From a virus, in the IMG/VR virus record IMGVR_UViG_3300048834_001178, positions 1-64,000 of that record: a stretch of 64,000 bases of DNA; one strand, 5' to 3'. Numbering within the stretch: position 1 is the stretch's first letter; the number at the start of each line of letters is the position of its first letter. The notes beneath the pieces were generated by a model. The model was not told the DNA's origin. It did not search any database and saw only the letters and a list, made by a program, of their open reading frames with translations. Positions 46,168-57,872 of this stretch are shown piece after piece. A program made the position numbers and the translations under genes.

Positions 46168-48186
46168 ATGGGCACGTTTCTCAATGCGGACACTATCAGA
46201 ATCGCGGTTCGTCGGCTCGGCGACTCGCTCGCGCAGACGGGAATGCATGATTTCCTCGTGCTCAAGCGCGCTTCGGTGCTCAGCAAGTCACCGAAGGTGG
46301 TTCTCTCGGAACGAAACCAGCCATTCATGCAGGCGATTGAGCAATTGACTTCGTGCAATGAACCATTGGGCGCCGCTCTCGACGCCTCATGGAATCTGCC
46401 ACCATTCATAAATGTGTTCGGTACGGCTAAGCACAGCAAAGGACCGTTCCGTTCCGCCAAGTTCACTTCGAACGGACCGGCTGACACCGTGAGCAAGTCG
46501 CGTCCGTGGCAAGCCCTGGTGGAAGTGCACGACGAGCGCCCGAGATCCGTTACGTTTCGTCGCGACTATCTACAGCACGCTAAGTCCGTCCTGCTCAAGG
46601 CACAGTCACCGAGTGATGAACTCCCGCGACTCTCCGATGCGGCGATCTGGTTCTTCCGTGCATCCGACATCTCTGCGCTCGCAGCATCGAAGGATCGGAA
46701 CAGCATTCTCGGTGGCATGGTACGCGCATTCGTGGATGCCCTGCACCTCACCAAAGAAGAAGTAGCACTCCTCTTTGTTGATGCTAACGCTCTGGACGCG
46801 TCGGTCTATCCCGAAGTGCTTACCTCCGACTCCGTCGCGTCGCCGATCTCGTACCTTACCCTAGGTAGCGTCGAAGCAACTCCCGTGACCGAGACTGCTG
46901 GCAAGGTGTCATGGGATCTCGCCGTCTCCCTTGCCGCCAAAGAGTTCATAATTCTGACGGGCCTCTCGGGCACTGGAAAAACCCGCGGAGCAATCCGGCT
47001 CAGCGCGGCAGTTACCGCTGGAGCCGCCCAACCGGTCGAGTTGATCCCAGTTGCCGCGGACTGGAACGACTCCCGTCCTCTCCTTGGGTATCGCCATCCA
47101 TTCGGTCGTACGATAAATGAGGCTGGCCAAAGCGCCCTGGCAGACACCTACGAGATCACGCCCGCGCTGCGCCTTGTTTTGCGAGCGAGTCACCCGGACA
47201 GTGAGCGGATTCCACACTTTCTGATTCTGGACGAGATGAACCTCTCGCACGTCGAGCGCTACTTCAGTCCAGTACTTTCCCTTCTCGAAGCGGCGCGAAG
47301 CACGTCGAGGGCGAGCACTATCCCGCTGATTCCAGCAGCCGATACCCAGTTAATCGCTTCGGTGTTGCAGCGTGAGAATCCGAACTCTCTTGAAGCAAAG
47401 GCCGCCTCAATCCAAGCCGCACAGGGGGCCGGGATTGGCATTCCGGGCAATCTGTTCATCGTTGGCACAGTGAATGTGGACGAAACTACCTACATGTTTT
47501 CGCCCAAGGTGCTGGACCGTGCCCATGTAATCGAGGTGGCTTCGATATCGCCGCTCGAGTTTGTGACAGGAACAGGATCCGCCGAGGAGTTGGTTTCGGC
47601 ATCCGCCGCGCTGGAACTGCTCCAGTGGTCAATCGAGCGGCGAGACGAGTCGGAGCGGACAGACGGCGCGGTGGATCTGCTGGAGTCAGTTCATACGGAT
47701 TCTGGACTAGATCCAGCGGTACTCGATGCCATCAAGAATGCTTTGAAGTGCGCGCTCGAAGGATCGCATGTTCTGCTTGGTCCGATCGGCTTCGGCTTGG
47801 GATATAGAGTGGTTCGCGAGTGCTTTGACTACGTCGCAACGTGCCTTCGACTGGCGGTGATCGCAGAGTGGACTCCAGAGCAGATTCAAGCCGCCTGGCA
47901 CCATTGGATAGACCGGGCGATTCTGCAGAAAGTGTTGCCAAAGCTCCACGGCAACCGGCTTCAGTTGACCGGGCCCCTCACTGCCACAATAGCCTTCTTT
48001 TCTGGCGGAACGGCCATCACGGAACCTCGCGCGGCATATCAGATGGCTGGTGGCAATGAGGTGGGCGTAGACGAATCGCTCAAGCTCACCTTCGGTTCGC
48101 CTACCGCTCTTCCTCTCTGTATCAAGAAGCTGTCTCGCATGCTGTGGCGTGTTGAAACCACCGGATACGCGGGGTTTATAGAGTGA
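46168..48186 (+). CDS. McrB-like AAA+ GTPase
   Basis: GLSGTGKT, LDEMNL, GTVNVDET, DRA, QKVLPKLHG. Confidence 0.88.
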   Translation: MGTFLNADTIRIAVRRLGDSLAQTGMHDFLVLKRASVLSKSPKVVLSERNQPFMQAIEQLTSCNEPLGAALDASWNLPPFINVFGTAKHSKGPFRSAKFTSNGPADTVSKSRPWQALVEVHDERPRSVTFRRDYLQHAKSVLLKAQSPSDELPRLSDAAIWFFRASDISALAASKDRNSILGGMVRAFVDALHLTKEEVALLFVDANALDASVYPEVLTSDSVASPISYLTLGSVEATPVTETAGKVSWDLAVSLAAKEFIILTGLSGTGKTRGAIRLSAAVTAGAAQPVELIPVAADWNDSRPLLGYRHPFGRTINEAGQSALADTYEITPALRLVLRASHPDSERIPHFLILDEMNLSHVERYFSPVLSLLEAARSTSRASTIPLIPAADTQLIASVLQRENPNSLEAKAASIQAAQGAGIGIPGNLFIVGTVNVDETTYMFSPKVLDRAHVIEVASISPLEFVTGTGSAEELVSASAALELLQWSIERRDESERTDGAVDLLESVHTDSGLDPAVLDAIKNALKCALEGSHVLLGPIGFGLGYRVVRECFDYVATCLRLAVIAEWTPEQIQAAWHHWIDRAILQKVLPKLHGNRLQLTGPLTATIAFFSGGTAITEPRAAYQMAGGNEVGVDESLKLTFGSPTALPLCIKKLSRMLWRVETTGYAGFIE

Positions 48187-50126
48187 CCGCAGTCACGTGC
48201 CTTCATCGTGTGCGATTTGGCTGGCCCAACGGCACGTCTCTTGACATCGAGTGGGCCTCGGGTGATGAGGGCCCGGCTCATCCGCTGTCGGCACTATCTC
48301 ATTCGATCACGGGTTGGATCGAACGCCTGCCCGATCAGCTCAGTATTGCGGGTATTCCGGCACTGTCTGTCGATCAGGGGCAGCCATCGAGCCTCTTCGA
48401 GCCAGTGCGGCTTCGCGAACAGACCGACTACACGTTAGACTTTCGTATTCGCGCGAGTCTTCCAGAGGCCACGACTGCGTGGCAGGCCAATCCGTCGTGG
48501 CCGTTGCCTGCTCGGTTCAATGGCGTTTATCGAACGCAGGCACCTCGTCGGTGGATGGTTGACGGCGAGTTTCTTCGAGTCGGTGGCGCCTTAAACTTCG
48601 GGTCATTCGTAGGCGTGGCGCACTTGGAGCTGCCAGACGGAGCGTGCGTTCCGGTCGAAGTCATCTGTACTAAGATCGGATATGTAGACGACTTTCGAGC
48701 ATTGCTTGAGCAGGTGGGGCACGAGGTTGTCGAGCTGCTCTTGACTGTGGGAACTCCCACGGGAATACCGCTTGCGACGTCCGGCGAGCTGAGCGCATCG
48801 CCACTCGCATTTTTGTTTCACTTGCGTTCTCTCCTCGCTTCCCGAGAACTGCCTGATGCGATCGAGTCGATTCTCAGGCGGCCGCATGAGCGCATAGTTG
48901 AAGACCGCAAGGAAGCGTTTGTGTGGGAATTCCGACATCCCGATGTGGCGGCGATGTCCCGTGCGGCTGAGTATCTTCCAGATGTCAGTTTCAGTGCGAG
49001 TAGGCCGGTCTGTCTCCCAGTGCCGCTCAGGTATCACGGTCGCAGCCGCTCGGTGTCGAGGGACACGCAAGAGAATCGATACGTTAAGGCACTTCTGCAG
49101 GATATTGTGAGGCGAGCGGACATCTGTGTTGGCCAGCTTCGCGAGGCAGGCAGCCTAACAGCCATGCGCGAGCTTGTTAGTCATGTGGATCGCATGCGAG
49201 AATGGTTGTCGCGCCCCCTGTGGAGGGAGGTGGGCCCTTTTAGGCAGATGCCGACAAACTCGCAAGTACTGCAACGTCGATCCGACTATCGACGTGTCTT
49301 TGACGCAGACATGCGCTTACACCTTGGACTTAGATTGCCGTGGCTTCCAACCACAAATGACGCGGATAGCATCTTGGGCGACATGCGGCCGATTGACGTT
49401 CTGTATGAATATTGGTGCTTCCTGGTGATTCGGAGACTTGTGGCGTCGATCTGCGGAGCGACGATCGAGCCCCTGGACAGTCTCCTTGTACGCTCAATGA
49501 ATGGCCTTAGCCTTCAACTGGTGCGCGGCAAGCAAAGCAAGACTGTGTTTCGGTTGGCAATCGCAGGGAAGGCTCCATTCCAAGTGGAGCTGTACTTCAA
49601 TCGGCACTTTGCAGGTGTCGCCGGCGCAGTTGAGGGAAGGTCTTACTCCGTTGGCTTGCGGCCCGACATCAGCCTTTGTGTGGAACGCATTCAGGCGGGT
49701 ACGATTGGTGCACGGCACTGGCTTCACTTCGACGCAAAGTACCGGCGAGAGATCGATGTGGCGGCATTAGTAAGCGCGACGCAGGAGTCCTCGGGTGGGC
49801 CCGAGTCGTGCATAAAGATCGAAGAGACCTACAAGCGGGCCGACTTGTACAAGATGCACGCGTACCGTGATGCGATTCTCTCGACTCGAGGCGCGTATGC
49901 GCTGTTCCCTTCGCTAGGTGGAGGCGAGGCTCTGTTTGTCCGAGGTGCATCCATCGCAGGCGCAAAGTTGCCGAGCGTAGGGATGTTCCCATTGAGTCCT
50001 GCGCGGGCAGTGGACCAAGAGCAACCCTTGCGGAGATTTCTATCGGCGGTGTTGTCTCAGATCTCCGATGCGTCGCGAGTGGTTGATGAATACCTTGGCC
50101 CATGCCCGCCAATGACCTCAACGTAG
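48183..50126 (+). CDS. McrC-like DUF2357/PD-(D/E)XK nuclease
   Basis: DTQENRYVK, LYEYWCF, RPDI, FDAKYR, DLYKMHAYRDAI. Confidence 0.88.
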   Translation: MTAVTCLHRVRFGWPNGTSLDIEWASGDEGPAHPLSALSHSITGWIERLPDQLSIAGIPALSVDQGQPSSLFEPVRLREQTDYTLDFRIRASLPEATTAWQANPSWPLPARFNGVYRTQAPRRWMVDGEFLRVGGALNFGSFVGVAHLELPDGACVPVEVICTKIGYVDDFRALLEQVGHEVVELLLTVGTPTGIPLATSGELSASPLAFLFHLRSLLASRELPDAIESILRRPHERIVEDRKEAFVWEFRHPDVAAMSRAAEYLPDVSFSASRPVCLPVPLRYHGRSRSVSRDTQENRYVKALLQDIVRRADICVGQLREAGSLTAMRELVSHVDRMREWLSRPLWREVGPFRQMPTNSQVLQRRSDYRRVFDADMRLHLGLRLPWLPTTNDADSILGDMRPIDVLYEYWCFLVIRRLVASICGATIEPLDSLLVRSMNGLSLQLVRGKQSKTVFRLAIAGKAPFQVELYFNRHFAGVAGAVEGRSYSVGLRPDISLCVERIQAGTIGARHWLHFDAKYRREIDVAALVSATQESSGGPESCIKIEETYKRADLYKMHAYRDAILSTRGAYALFPSLGGGEALFVRGASIAGAKLPSVGMFPLSPARAVDQEQPLRRFLSAVLSQISDASRVVDEYLGPCPPMTST

Positions 50127-52060
50127 TCTCGGCCCTTCGCGATGGCCGTGAGCACACCAGCGGCGTTGCTATGCGGAGACACTTGAAGCACCAGGGTGTC
50201 AATCGCGCGAGTCATCGGAATCATGCCCCATCGCGCGGAAAACCGGTCGGCAACCTCCTGCTGAGTCTCGAACAAATCCTTCGGTCGCCGCAGCCCCTCC
50301 TCAAGCTGTCGCTGCAGCAGACGGTCAAAGTCAAGGCAGACAACAGTCCACCCCTCCAGCCCGCGGCACGATTCGTACTTAACGATTCGAAACTGTTGCA
50401 CATTCTCAGGAAACGTGTCCCTGTTGGCGGCGATCGAGCCGTCCCACACCTGCTCGCCCCATTGCTGAAGGGTTGCTCCGATGCCTGTACTTGTGGAGCC
50501 AGAGCTTCCCGTCACACAGAACAGTGCATCGACCTGCCGATTGCCGGCAGCCTGATGCTCGCCCATGATCCTGCTGTGCACTTGTTGGGTGTACGGTCCC
50601 ACCACCACAATCACGCGGCCACCGAGTACCTCATCGTTTATCGCCATATCCCACTCAAGGTGGGAAGCAGCAACGAACGCCTCAACAAACGCGCAGATAT
50701 TTGCCTTGAGACGTAGCGACTTGCGTAGCGGAACAATCTGCCGGGATTCGGTCGGGGCGAGCAACGTCCAATCACACCGCCCGTCGCGTCGCACGAGCTG
50801 GTCAACTCCATCCGCGACAATGATCCGGTTGGGTCCGAACAGTGCACCCAGAATGTCCCGCTCTTCTGTCGGCCAATCCTGTGCCTCGTCAATGAGCACG
50901 AAGTCCCAGTTGAACAACGACGGATGAGCCTTCCAAGCCTCCTCCTGCTGAAGCGTCTCTCTGGATTCGCCCGCAAATAGCTCTCGAAGTACCAGCTTCT
51001 TCGCTTGAAACTCCTCTGCGGGGAACGGCTCACCCTCTTGGATGGGCGGAGCTTCGCCCCAGGCGGACATCAACTCCCAAAAGAATCTCTCGCTGGTACG
51101 AATGCTGACCGTAGGGTCGTCGAGATTCTCGCGAATTCCCATGAGGTGCATTAGACGGCGCAAGTCCGATGCGAGAGCGCGGTTGTACGTGAGGAACAGG
51201 ACTCGCGCGCCGCGGTCTTCTCTCAGACGGTTGGCGAGCTGCAGAAGTCGCACGGTCTTCCCCGATCCACCTCGCCCGCGGAAGATCAAGAGCTGGCTTC
51301 CCAGCTTCTTCATGTATTCTGGAAGCTCGGGTTCGACGGTGCGCTTGGTAATGCGCTCGATCTTCTGACGGTCTAGAGGCGACGCCTCGATACGTCGTGT
51401 GAAGATGTCAATCGCGTTCTTCACCTCGGTCGCGGCATCATCGCGACCACAGCGAACAAATGAGTTTTGCCAGGGCTTGTGCAGGTCCCGTTTGATGTCC
51501 TCGTGCCGCTGGTTGACGATTGCCCGCAGGAAGTCCTTGGCGGTCACGTCAGCGCCCAGGATATTGCTTTGAACCTTGGGCAATGCTCGAGCTGGGACGT
51601 TCCTCAACCACAGGGCCGAAAGCCAGAAGGGCGACCGAAAGCCCTGGCGCTCGACATACGTCTTGAGAGAGTGCACCTGCTTGAGAGTCTGGTCTGTGGC
51701 ACCGTGCCACTCCACCTGCCCGTTCGCTCGATTGATGTAACGGACAAGTACTTGATTGCCCTCAAACCGGATGGCCTCTGGAGGGTGGCCTTTGACCTCG
51801 ATCGCGATGGCGAAGTTGGACAACCGCGCCGGCCGACTGCGCAGTTCCTCGGCGAGCAGTTCTTCTGGAATGGGGACCACGCCCGTGCAGACCCCGAGGA
51901 CCAGCAAGTCGGTGTCCTGGACCTGGCAGCCGGGCGTAAATGCGCCCACCACAATGCGGACGTCTCCGCGTTCTCCGATCAACTCTTCAAGCGCCGGACG
52001 AAGAGCGAGCGCGGCCTTGTAGTTGTCGCTGGAGGTGTCGCCAAAGATCGAGACGCCCAT
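50057..52060 (-). CDS. NERD-like nuclease fused to SF1-like helicase
   Basis: DLLV..IEVK..Q; GRGGSGKT, DEAQD, RGLE, MTRA. Confidence 0.78.
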   Translation of the reverse strand: MGVSIFGDTSSDNYKAALALRPALEELIGERGDVRIVVGAFTPGCQVQDTDLLVLGVCTGVVPIPEELLAEELRSRPARLSNFAIAIEVKGHPPEAIRFEGNQVLVRYINRANGQVEWHGATDQTLKQVHSLKTYVERQGFRSPFWLSALWLRNVPARALPKVQSNILGADVTAKDFLRAIVNQRHEDIKRDLHKPWQNSFVRCGRDDAATEVKNAIDIFTRRIEASPLDRQKIERITKRTVEPELPEYMKKLGSQLLIFRGRGGSGKTVRLLQLANRLREDRGARVLFLTYNRALASDLRRLMHLMGIRENLDDPTVSIRTSERFFWELMSAWGEAPPIQEGEPFPAEEFQAKKLVLRELFAGESRETLQQEEAWKAHPSLFNWDFVLIDEAQDWPTEERDILGALFGPNRIIVADGVDQLVRRDGRCDWTLLAPTESRQIVPLRKSLRLKANICAFVEAFVAASHLEWDMAINDEVLGGRVIVVVGPYTQQVHSRIMGEHQAAGNRQVDALFCVTGSSGSTSTGIGATLQQWGEQVWDGSIAANRDTFPENVQQFRIVKYESCRGLEGWTVVCLDFDRLLQRQLEEGLRRPKDLFETQQEVADRFSARWGMIPMTRAIDTLVLQVSPHSNAAGVLTAIAKGRDYVEVIGGHGPRYSSTTRDASEI

Positions 52061-52079
52061 GGATGCTCGCCTGTTCCTT

Positions 52080-55000
52080 TCACTGCGCCGCGATGTCTCC
52101 GGGACGCCGGCCGACCCGGTACGGATTTACCGAGCGAACGCCCGGCCCGTACGAAGATCTAGCTGCTTGCAGCACCGGGTGCGACTCGATCCAGAGTGGG
52201 TGCGACTCAATGAGGATCACTCCATCCTTCACAAACCGCCTTCCGCTGCCCTCGTCCGAAGGAGTGAACCCGAAAGCCCGTGCGGGGCCGGCCAACACGT
52301 CACCACCTCCCTCGACCAGGCGCAACCAAGGGTTTTCGAGTCCTTCACGGATGGGCGTCCTCAGATCAACCGTTGTGGCAGCGCCGTCGCGCAAAATGCG
52401 GAGCATGTCGAAGCCCATCCGCCAGTCCAACAGTCCGTGGTACGGAAGATTGCCATACTCCCGAAGGCATCGGGGGCACGATGCACCGCACCCGCCAGCG
52501 TGCTCAGAGGAGACCCACGCCGGCCCGCCGGCCGGAGAGCCCATTGCCATCTCGAACGCGCACTGCAAGAGGGCCTGAAACTGCTGCGGCTCGCCGAGGC
52601 GGGAGCAGTAGCCGGCACCGTTCTCGAGGCAGTCGCACAAAAAGGCCTGCGCGCGGACGGCGCCCGGCTGGCCATATGTCCGGATACCCACGTCGATCTC
52701 ACTCGAGCGAATGTCCAGCAGGATGGCGGCCGCCTTGCGTAACAGGAAGGCGAGGGAGTACCAAGCCGCGCGCCCCTCGGGCCTTCGCGGATCTGCGAGC
52801 ACACCCTCCGGCCAAGCCCCTATGTCGACGAGAAGCACGTCAGTGCGCCGACGGTCGAGCAGGGCCAGCCTGTGGCCGGGGCCGATCTGTTGCCCGAAGT
52901 TGTGGAACCCCGAGTCGTTGCTGGTTGTGTCATCGAACACCGCCCAAGCAGCTCTGCCGTCCTGCTGTACGGGGTTCTGCCAGCGCAGAAGTGTGGAGGG
53001 CTGAAAATCAAAGCCACCCGCGCCACCATTGTCGTTGAGCGTGACAATGCGGTCGCTCACTACGGCCACGTCAGCGTGGGTGCCCGGGATCCTCGTCGTT
53101 TGTGGGACAACACTCAACGAGAGCGACGGCTTGGTCGCTCGGGGAAAGAACTCGAAAAGACCGTCGTAGTCGCGCGGTGAGAAGTTCGAGAAGAAGCCGG
53201 TGGGCTCACGGGCATCAATGAACTGGAACTCCTGCTCACCACAAACGGGGCAGTTCGACTTCGCGGGCGGCGAGCCGGAAGCGGGAGGATCCACTCTTGT
53301 GGGTCCGTAGCCCAAGTGTTGGCAGGCCGCACAGCGACCGATCGTGACGTTTGGCTCGCCGATAGCCGGCACAAAGCCGGGCTTGGCCATTAGCTGATCT
53401 CCGACCGGCACGAGTCGAACAACGCCAGCGGCAGTGTGTACCCGCTTGTCTTTGACGGTTTCGCTTCCGGGTGCAAACTGCCCAATCGCGATGTCCAGTG
53501 CCCGATCGACAGTTCCGTGCTCCGGTGGCCACGGCATCGCGCGAGTGGGCAGTTGGGTATGTAGCAGCCGAATCCTGGTTGGAAATCCGAACATGGGTAG
53601 CACGCCTGCGTGCGCCAACCGCTCACTCAAGGCTTCCTGAGTCAAGGTCGGATCCGCGACAAACCCGTCAATGGCAGGCGGCAATTGGCTTTGAACCCAG
53701 CTGACTTCGGAATCAAGGAATGAAGACAACTCGGTCGGCAGGGTGAGCCGCATCCTCGCAGCAAGCACCTCGGCAGCCGACCGCAGTGCGGCTCCGTGTC
53801 CAGCCATCCAGGCGATGAGGTCTGCTCTCTCGCCGGTCCAGTCCGCCGCGTCACCAAACTCACCGTGAACACTCTCGCCAGCGACAGGAGGTTGGCCGGC
53901 GCGCGCTGCCCGGAAAGCCTGTCGAAGGCACTCTTCCGTCAGAACGCGACGGAAAATGGCGCGATTGGTGGGATCGATGAAGGGAGGCGGCGGCCTGTCG
54001 CCCGTTATCTTCTCCGCGTGCTCAAAGTAGTATGCGTCGTGCGAGCGGCCTCGGCAGAGCGTAACCGCGAGCGAGACTCCAGCACCACGCCTGCCTGCTC
54101 TGCCCACACGCTGCTGGTAGTTGAACCGCTCAGGCGGCATGTTTGCGAGCATGACCGACAAGAGTGCGCCGATGTCAACTCCCGCCTCCATCGTGGTGGT
54201 CACGCTAAGTAGGTCGATTCCGTCAACCTGAGGCAGTTCACCCGGAACAAACACGTCCTGAAACCGGCGTTGGCGGTCGGGCTTGTCTTCCTGGTCTGTT
54301 TGGCCACTGAGCTCCTCAGCGTGGAGTCGAAATGCTTGGCGACGGTCGTCCGCAAGATATGCGAAATAGTCGCTGGCTGATGGACCGTTGCGAGCTGGCT
54401 CCGCCTGCAGCCGGCCTCCGCACTCCACACAGCGACCATTCCCGCGAGCGAAATAGCCAGACCTGCATTGGCTGCACCGGTTGACGATACCGTCCGTCGG
54501 CGGCGTCAGATCAAGCATCAGCTTTTCCGGGTCGAGACCGGGCTTCTTCTCTGTTGGAAGCGCATCGCCGGGGACTAGCACCTGCGATTGCAGCAGAAGA
54601 GCCTCGACGGCAGCGCATTGCGCAGCGTCATTCATGTACGCGGTGGCCCAGGACTTTGGTCCGCTGGGCAGCCCGGGTGCGGCGTTGCCCTGCTCAAAGT
54701 ACGCAGCGCCAACGTAGTTGCGGCGGAGAGCGAGACGCCGGATCACCGATTCGGCACAACCCAGATGCTCGGCACTCTGCCCTGCGATCGACGCGATAGT
54801 CACACGGCCGAGCCCCAACCCCTCAAACGTGCGGGCGCGGTGGGGAAAGAGCACGTACATGATCTCGGCCATGAGACCCCGTCGCATTCTCGTCAGATGC
54901 GCATCGAACAGGCCACTATTCTGGCCCCAACGCTCCCTTGCACGCGGGCCCGACCAATCGAAACACTCGGGCCACGAATAGTCCCGTCTGGACTGTGCGT

Positions 55001-57872
55001 CGCGCCATGACAGAACGTCGCTGCCGCAACCGCCGGGACAGATTCCCATTGCCAACAGACGCTGCCACAGGATCTCGCAGAGCATGTTGATCGGGAACCG
55101 AGTCGGATAATTGCGCAACAGAACGCCACCTTCAGTGCCTGGATCTGAGGCGTCACCGTCGAGCCAATCCCTTAGCTGGTTTGCCGCAACCTGGAACCGT
55201 TCGCGAAACAGGTCTCGAAACGGACGGTCAGCATCCGATCGCGGCAGATCCAGGGCAGTTGCAAAGGCTGGATTCGCTGCCTTTACAAGTGATCGCCGAG
55301 GCTCTTCCTCGCGACACTCAAACCGGACGAAGGACTCGAGTACGGTCCGGAGCTGCCGCGTGCCGCGCACGAGTTCCCCTCGCACAACATCGCGGAAGTG
55401 GTCTTGCTCGATGCCCGCCGAGAGTTTCGCTGCATCGCCGCGGCTGTCAGAGAACACAACCAGCTTCCGAGCACTCTTGCTGGCGATCTGAGCTGGCAGT
55501 TCACGGAGCAATGCCCCTGCAATCACCTGCGCTGCCTTGCTGAAGCCCGTTCGATGGTTGCGTAGCGGACTCTTCAGCCCGTGCTGGCGTTTGCGGAAGT
55601 CCGCATCGCAACGAGGACACTTGTGCGGGAGGGCTTGTGCCGCGAGAGCGACCTGTCCGCCCCGGGTCGCCTGCCAGAGCCAGGCATTGGCCCCACGGGT
55701 GCCGGCTGTGTGGTGCACGTAGCCGCTCCGTTGATCGAAATTCACCTGTCGCCAACTGCACGCAACACCCTGATTTGTCCAGCCGGTATCGAGCGGGGTC
55801 TGATCGCTTGGCCACAGCAACCAATATCGGGCGTGAGTTTGCTGCTGTGCCGCACGGTCAGGAAGTCCTTCCAAGTCGGGTTCGTCCGCAGTAAGGAAGT
55901 CCCGGTCGGCACCATTGACTTGCGTCTTGCGTCGGTGGCCGCCGAGGAGCACATCACCGCACACTTCACAGACAACGACCTCCAACACGCGGCTCCCGCA
56001 GTCCGGACAGGCCAGTGACGGCGCACCGAGCAGCTTTCCGACCCGGGGACGCTCGGGTCCCCGGAACTCTTGAGGTACGCCTGGGCACGCCGCATTGGTA
56101 CACGCCCAAAGGTTGCTGAGGTTGTCGAAGAAGATGTGACCACGGACCGGCTGCAATGATCGACCGGGGTTGGAGGGATCTTCCGCGACCGCAAGCGCAA
56201 GCAGTAGTCCACGAAGCGATCGACTTGGCTCATCGCGATCGGCTCCATCTCGACGGAGCCGCTGCGCGTCTGTGCCAAAGATCCTGTCGTCCACGCGGAG
56301 CACGTCGGTGGCGCGAACATTTGAAAGCGTGCCGGGAGTCTCGAAGTGTTCGTCGCAGGCCGCACGGAGTGCTTCGTGGGCGCCGATGCTACAGAGCGAG
56401 CGACCTAGACGGAGCTTGGCACTTCCAGGTTCCGGTGATGCGCCGGTTAACTCCACCGCGAGCTGCTCTGCGGCGCGAGTGAGTTCATCGGATTGAACCT
56501 CAGGCGGCTCAAGGGTCGCCAATGGATCCGCCTGTACCCGGTCAGCAAAAGTGGCGAGAGCTTCTGCGGCATGACGCACTCTCGATAGTCCTTCGCGCCG
56601 CGGCGAAGTTTGATCAGCAGATATTGGAGCGGCGAATCGATCCGGATCGCGACCGAAGAAGTGCTCCAGGAATCTGTGGGACTCATCTTCCGTTCCAAGG
56701 CTTGCCGAGGTGGCCACGATCCGAAGCTGGTCCGGCCGCCGCGTAAGCCCGAGCCGCTCAAGGAGCAGACGAATCACATACGCCACTTCTGTTCCCGCCG
56801 AACCGCGATATGCATGAAGCTCGTCCACTACGAGAAAGAACGTATGGTCTGGCGATCGCTCAATCCACATCCGCGTCGCATCCCACATATCGTTCTCTGC
56901 TGATCGCATGAGAGCAATATTCAGCATCGAGTAGTTTGTGATAAGCACGTCCGGCGGCGTCGCCTGCATGTCCCAGCGAGACCAAAGCTCCGCTCCTGCG
57001 GCGTCCTGCATGAAGTACCTTAGCTCGGGATCGAGCTTGCGCGCCTCTCCACGCCGAGCGCGATCGTCATCCTGGGATAGCAGCTGGTCGAGTTGATCGC
57101 TCGCGGCAGCCATGCTTCGCAGCCGCGGCCTGAGCTTGTCAGAGAGTTTTCTGGCCTGACTTGCATCGCCGACGCGGTCGGGGCGTGGACCAGCAACTGG
57201 TGTGAGGCCGGTGTAGCGACCGAATGTCACCCGGTTGCCGCCCCGCGCCGTGTCGAGCCAGCGTCGAGTAGTCGGTGCTTCGAGACACTGGCGGAGCCGA
57301 CGCAACTGGTCTTCGACCAGAGCATTTAGTGGATAGAGGATCATCCCACGGACTGCATGTTGGTCGGCAGCAGCCCGTCCCGTCCGTCCCCACTGTTGCT
57401 CCCAGACACCGGCTGAATCAAACCATCGCCGCGGCGCTGCCTCAGGAGTGCTCGCCCGCCACTGGCGGCTCTCCGCGGCGATGGTCGCCAGCAGTGGCAG
57501 AAGGAAGCACTCCGTCTTGCCCGAGCCCGTGCCGGTCGTGACGACGATGTCCTTGCGCTGGAGGATTACGGCTTCGAGCGATTGCCACTGGTGACGATAA
57601 AGCGTCCGACCCTCCCCAAAGATCGGGCTGGCCAAACCCGCAAGGTCCTGCATGCCCGCACCCAAACGTGCACTTGCCTGGGCAAGCGTAAGGCCCGACG
57701 ACTCGTAGACCGGCGTCGGTTCCAGCAGCAGCGGCCGCGATACTGATAGGCGTCCCTGGAGCAAGCGTGCTCGCTCAGCAGCAAGCAGTGGGCTTGAAAG
57801 TGGGAAGGCGGACTGAAGATAGAGTTCATAGACGCGCTTGAGGCGAAGCGCCGAGCCAACGGCGTCGATCAT
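52080..57872 (-). CDS. Large SF2 helicase with DUF1998 (Druantia DruE-like)
   Basis: [68 protein letters not shown]; ATGA-coupled start at 57872. Confidence 0.88.
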   Translation of the reverse strand: MIDAVGSALRLKRVYELYLQSAFPLSSPLLAAERARLLQGRLSVSRPLLLEPTPVYESSGLTLAQASARLGAGMQDLAGLASPIFGEGRTLYRHQWQSLEAVILQRKDIVVTTGTGSGKTECFLLPLLATIAAESRQWRASTPEAAPRRWFDSAGVWEQQWGRTGRAAADQHAVRGMILYPLNALVEDQLRRLRQCLEAPTTRRWLDTARGGNRVTFGRYTGLTPVAGPRPDRVGDASQARKLSDKLRPRLRSMAAASDQLDQLLSQDDDRARRGEARKLDPELRYFMQDAAGAELWSRWDMQATPPDVLITNYSMLNIALMRSAENDMWDATRMWIERSPDHTFFLVVDELHAYRGSAGTEVAYVIRLLLERLGLTRRPDQLRIVATSASLGTEDESHRFLEHFFGRDPDRFAAPISADQTSPRREGLSRVRHAAEALATFADRVQADPLATLEPPEVQSDELTRAAEQLAVELTGASPEPGSAKLRLGRSLCSIGAHEALRAACDEHFETPGTLSNVRATDVLRVDDRIFGTDAQRLRRDGADRDEPSRSLRGLLLALAVAEDPSNPGRSLQPVRGHIFFDNLSNLWACTNAACPGVPQEFRGPERPRVGKLLGAPSLACPDCGSRVLEVVVCEVCGDVLLGGHRRKTQVNGADRDFLTADEPDLEGLPDRAAQQQTHARYWLLWPSDQTPLDTGWTNQGVACSWRQVNFDQRSGYVHHTAGTRGANAWLWQATRGGQVALAAQALPHKCPRCDADFRKRQHGLKSPLRNHRTGFSKAAQVIAGALLRELPAQIASKSARKLVVFSDSRGDAAKLSAGIEQDHFRDVVRGELVRGTRQLRTVLESFVRFECREEEPRRSLVKAANPAFATALDLPRSDADRPFRDLFRERFQVAANQLRDWLDGDASDPGTEGGVLLRNYPTRFPINMLCEILWQRLLAMGICPGGCGSDVLSWRDAQSRRDYSWPECFDWSGPRARERWGQNSGLFDAHLTRMRRGLMAEIMYVLFPHRARTFEGLGLGRVTIASIAGQSAEHLGCAESVIRRLALRRNYVGAAYFEQGNAAPGLPSGPKSWATAYMNDAAQCAAVEALLLQSQVLVPGDALPTEKKPGLDPEKLMLDLTPPTDGIVNRCSQCRSGYFARGNGRCVECGGRLQAEPARNGPSASDYFAYLADDRRQAFRLHAEELSGQTDQEDKPDRQRRFQDVFVPGELPQVDGIDLLSVTTTMEAGVDIGALLSVMLANMPPERFNYQQRVGRAGRRGAGVSLAVTLCRGRSHDAYYFEHAEKITGDRPPPPFIDPTNRAIFRRVLTEECLRQAFRAARAGQPPVAGESVHGEFGDAADWTGERADLIAWMAGHGAALRSAAEVLAARMRLTLPTELSSFLDSEVSWVQSQLPPAIDGFVADPTLTQEALSERLAHAGVLPMFGFPTRIRLLHTQLPTRAMPWPPEHGTVDRALDIAIGQFAPGSETVKDKRVHTAAGVVRLVPVGDQLMAKPGFVPAIGEPNVTIGRCAACQHLGYGPTRVDPPASGSPPAKSNCPVCGEQEFQFIDAREPTGFFSNFSPRDYDGLFEFFPRATKPSLSLSVVPQTTRIPGTHADVAVVSDRIVTLNDNGGAGGFDFQPSTLLRWQNPVQQDGRAAWAVFDDTTSNDSGFHNFGQQIGPGHRLALLDRRRTDVLLVDIGAWPEGVLADPRRPEGRAAWYSLAFLLRKAAAILLDIRSSEIDVGIRTYGQPGAVRAQAFLCDCLENGAGYCSRLGEPQQFQALLQCAFEMAMGSPAGGPAWVSSEHAGGCGASCPRCLREYGNLPYHGLLDWRMGFDMLRILRDGAATTVDLRTPIREGLENPWLRLVEGGGDVLAGPARAFGFTPSDEGSGRRFVKDGVILIESHPLWIESHPVLQAARSSYGPGVRSVNPYRVGRRPGDIAAQ

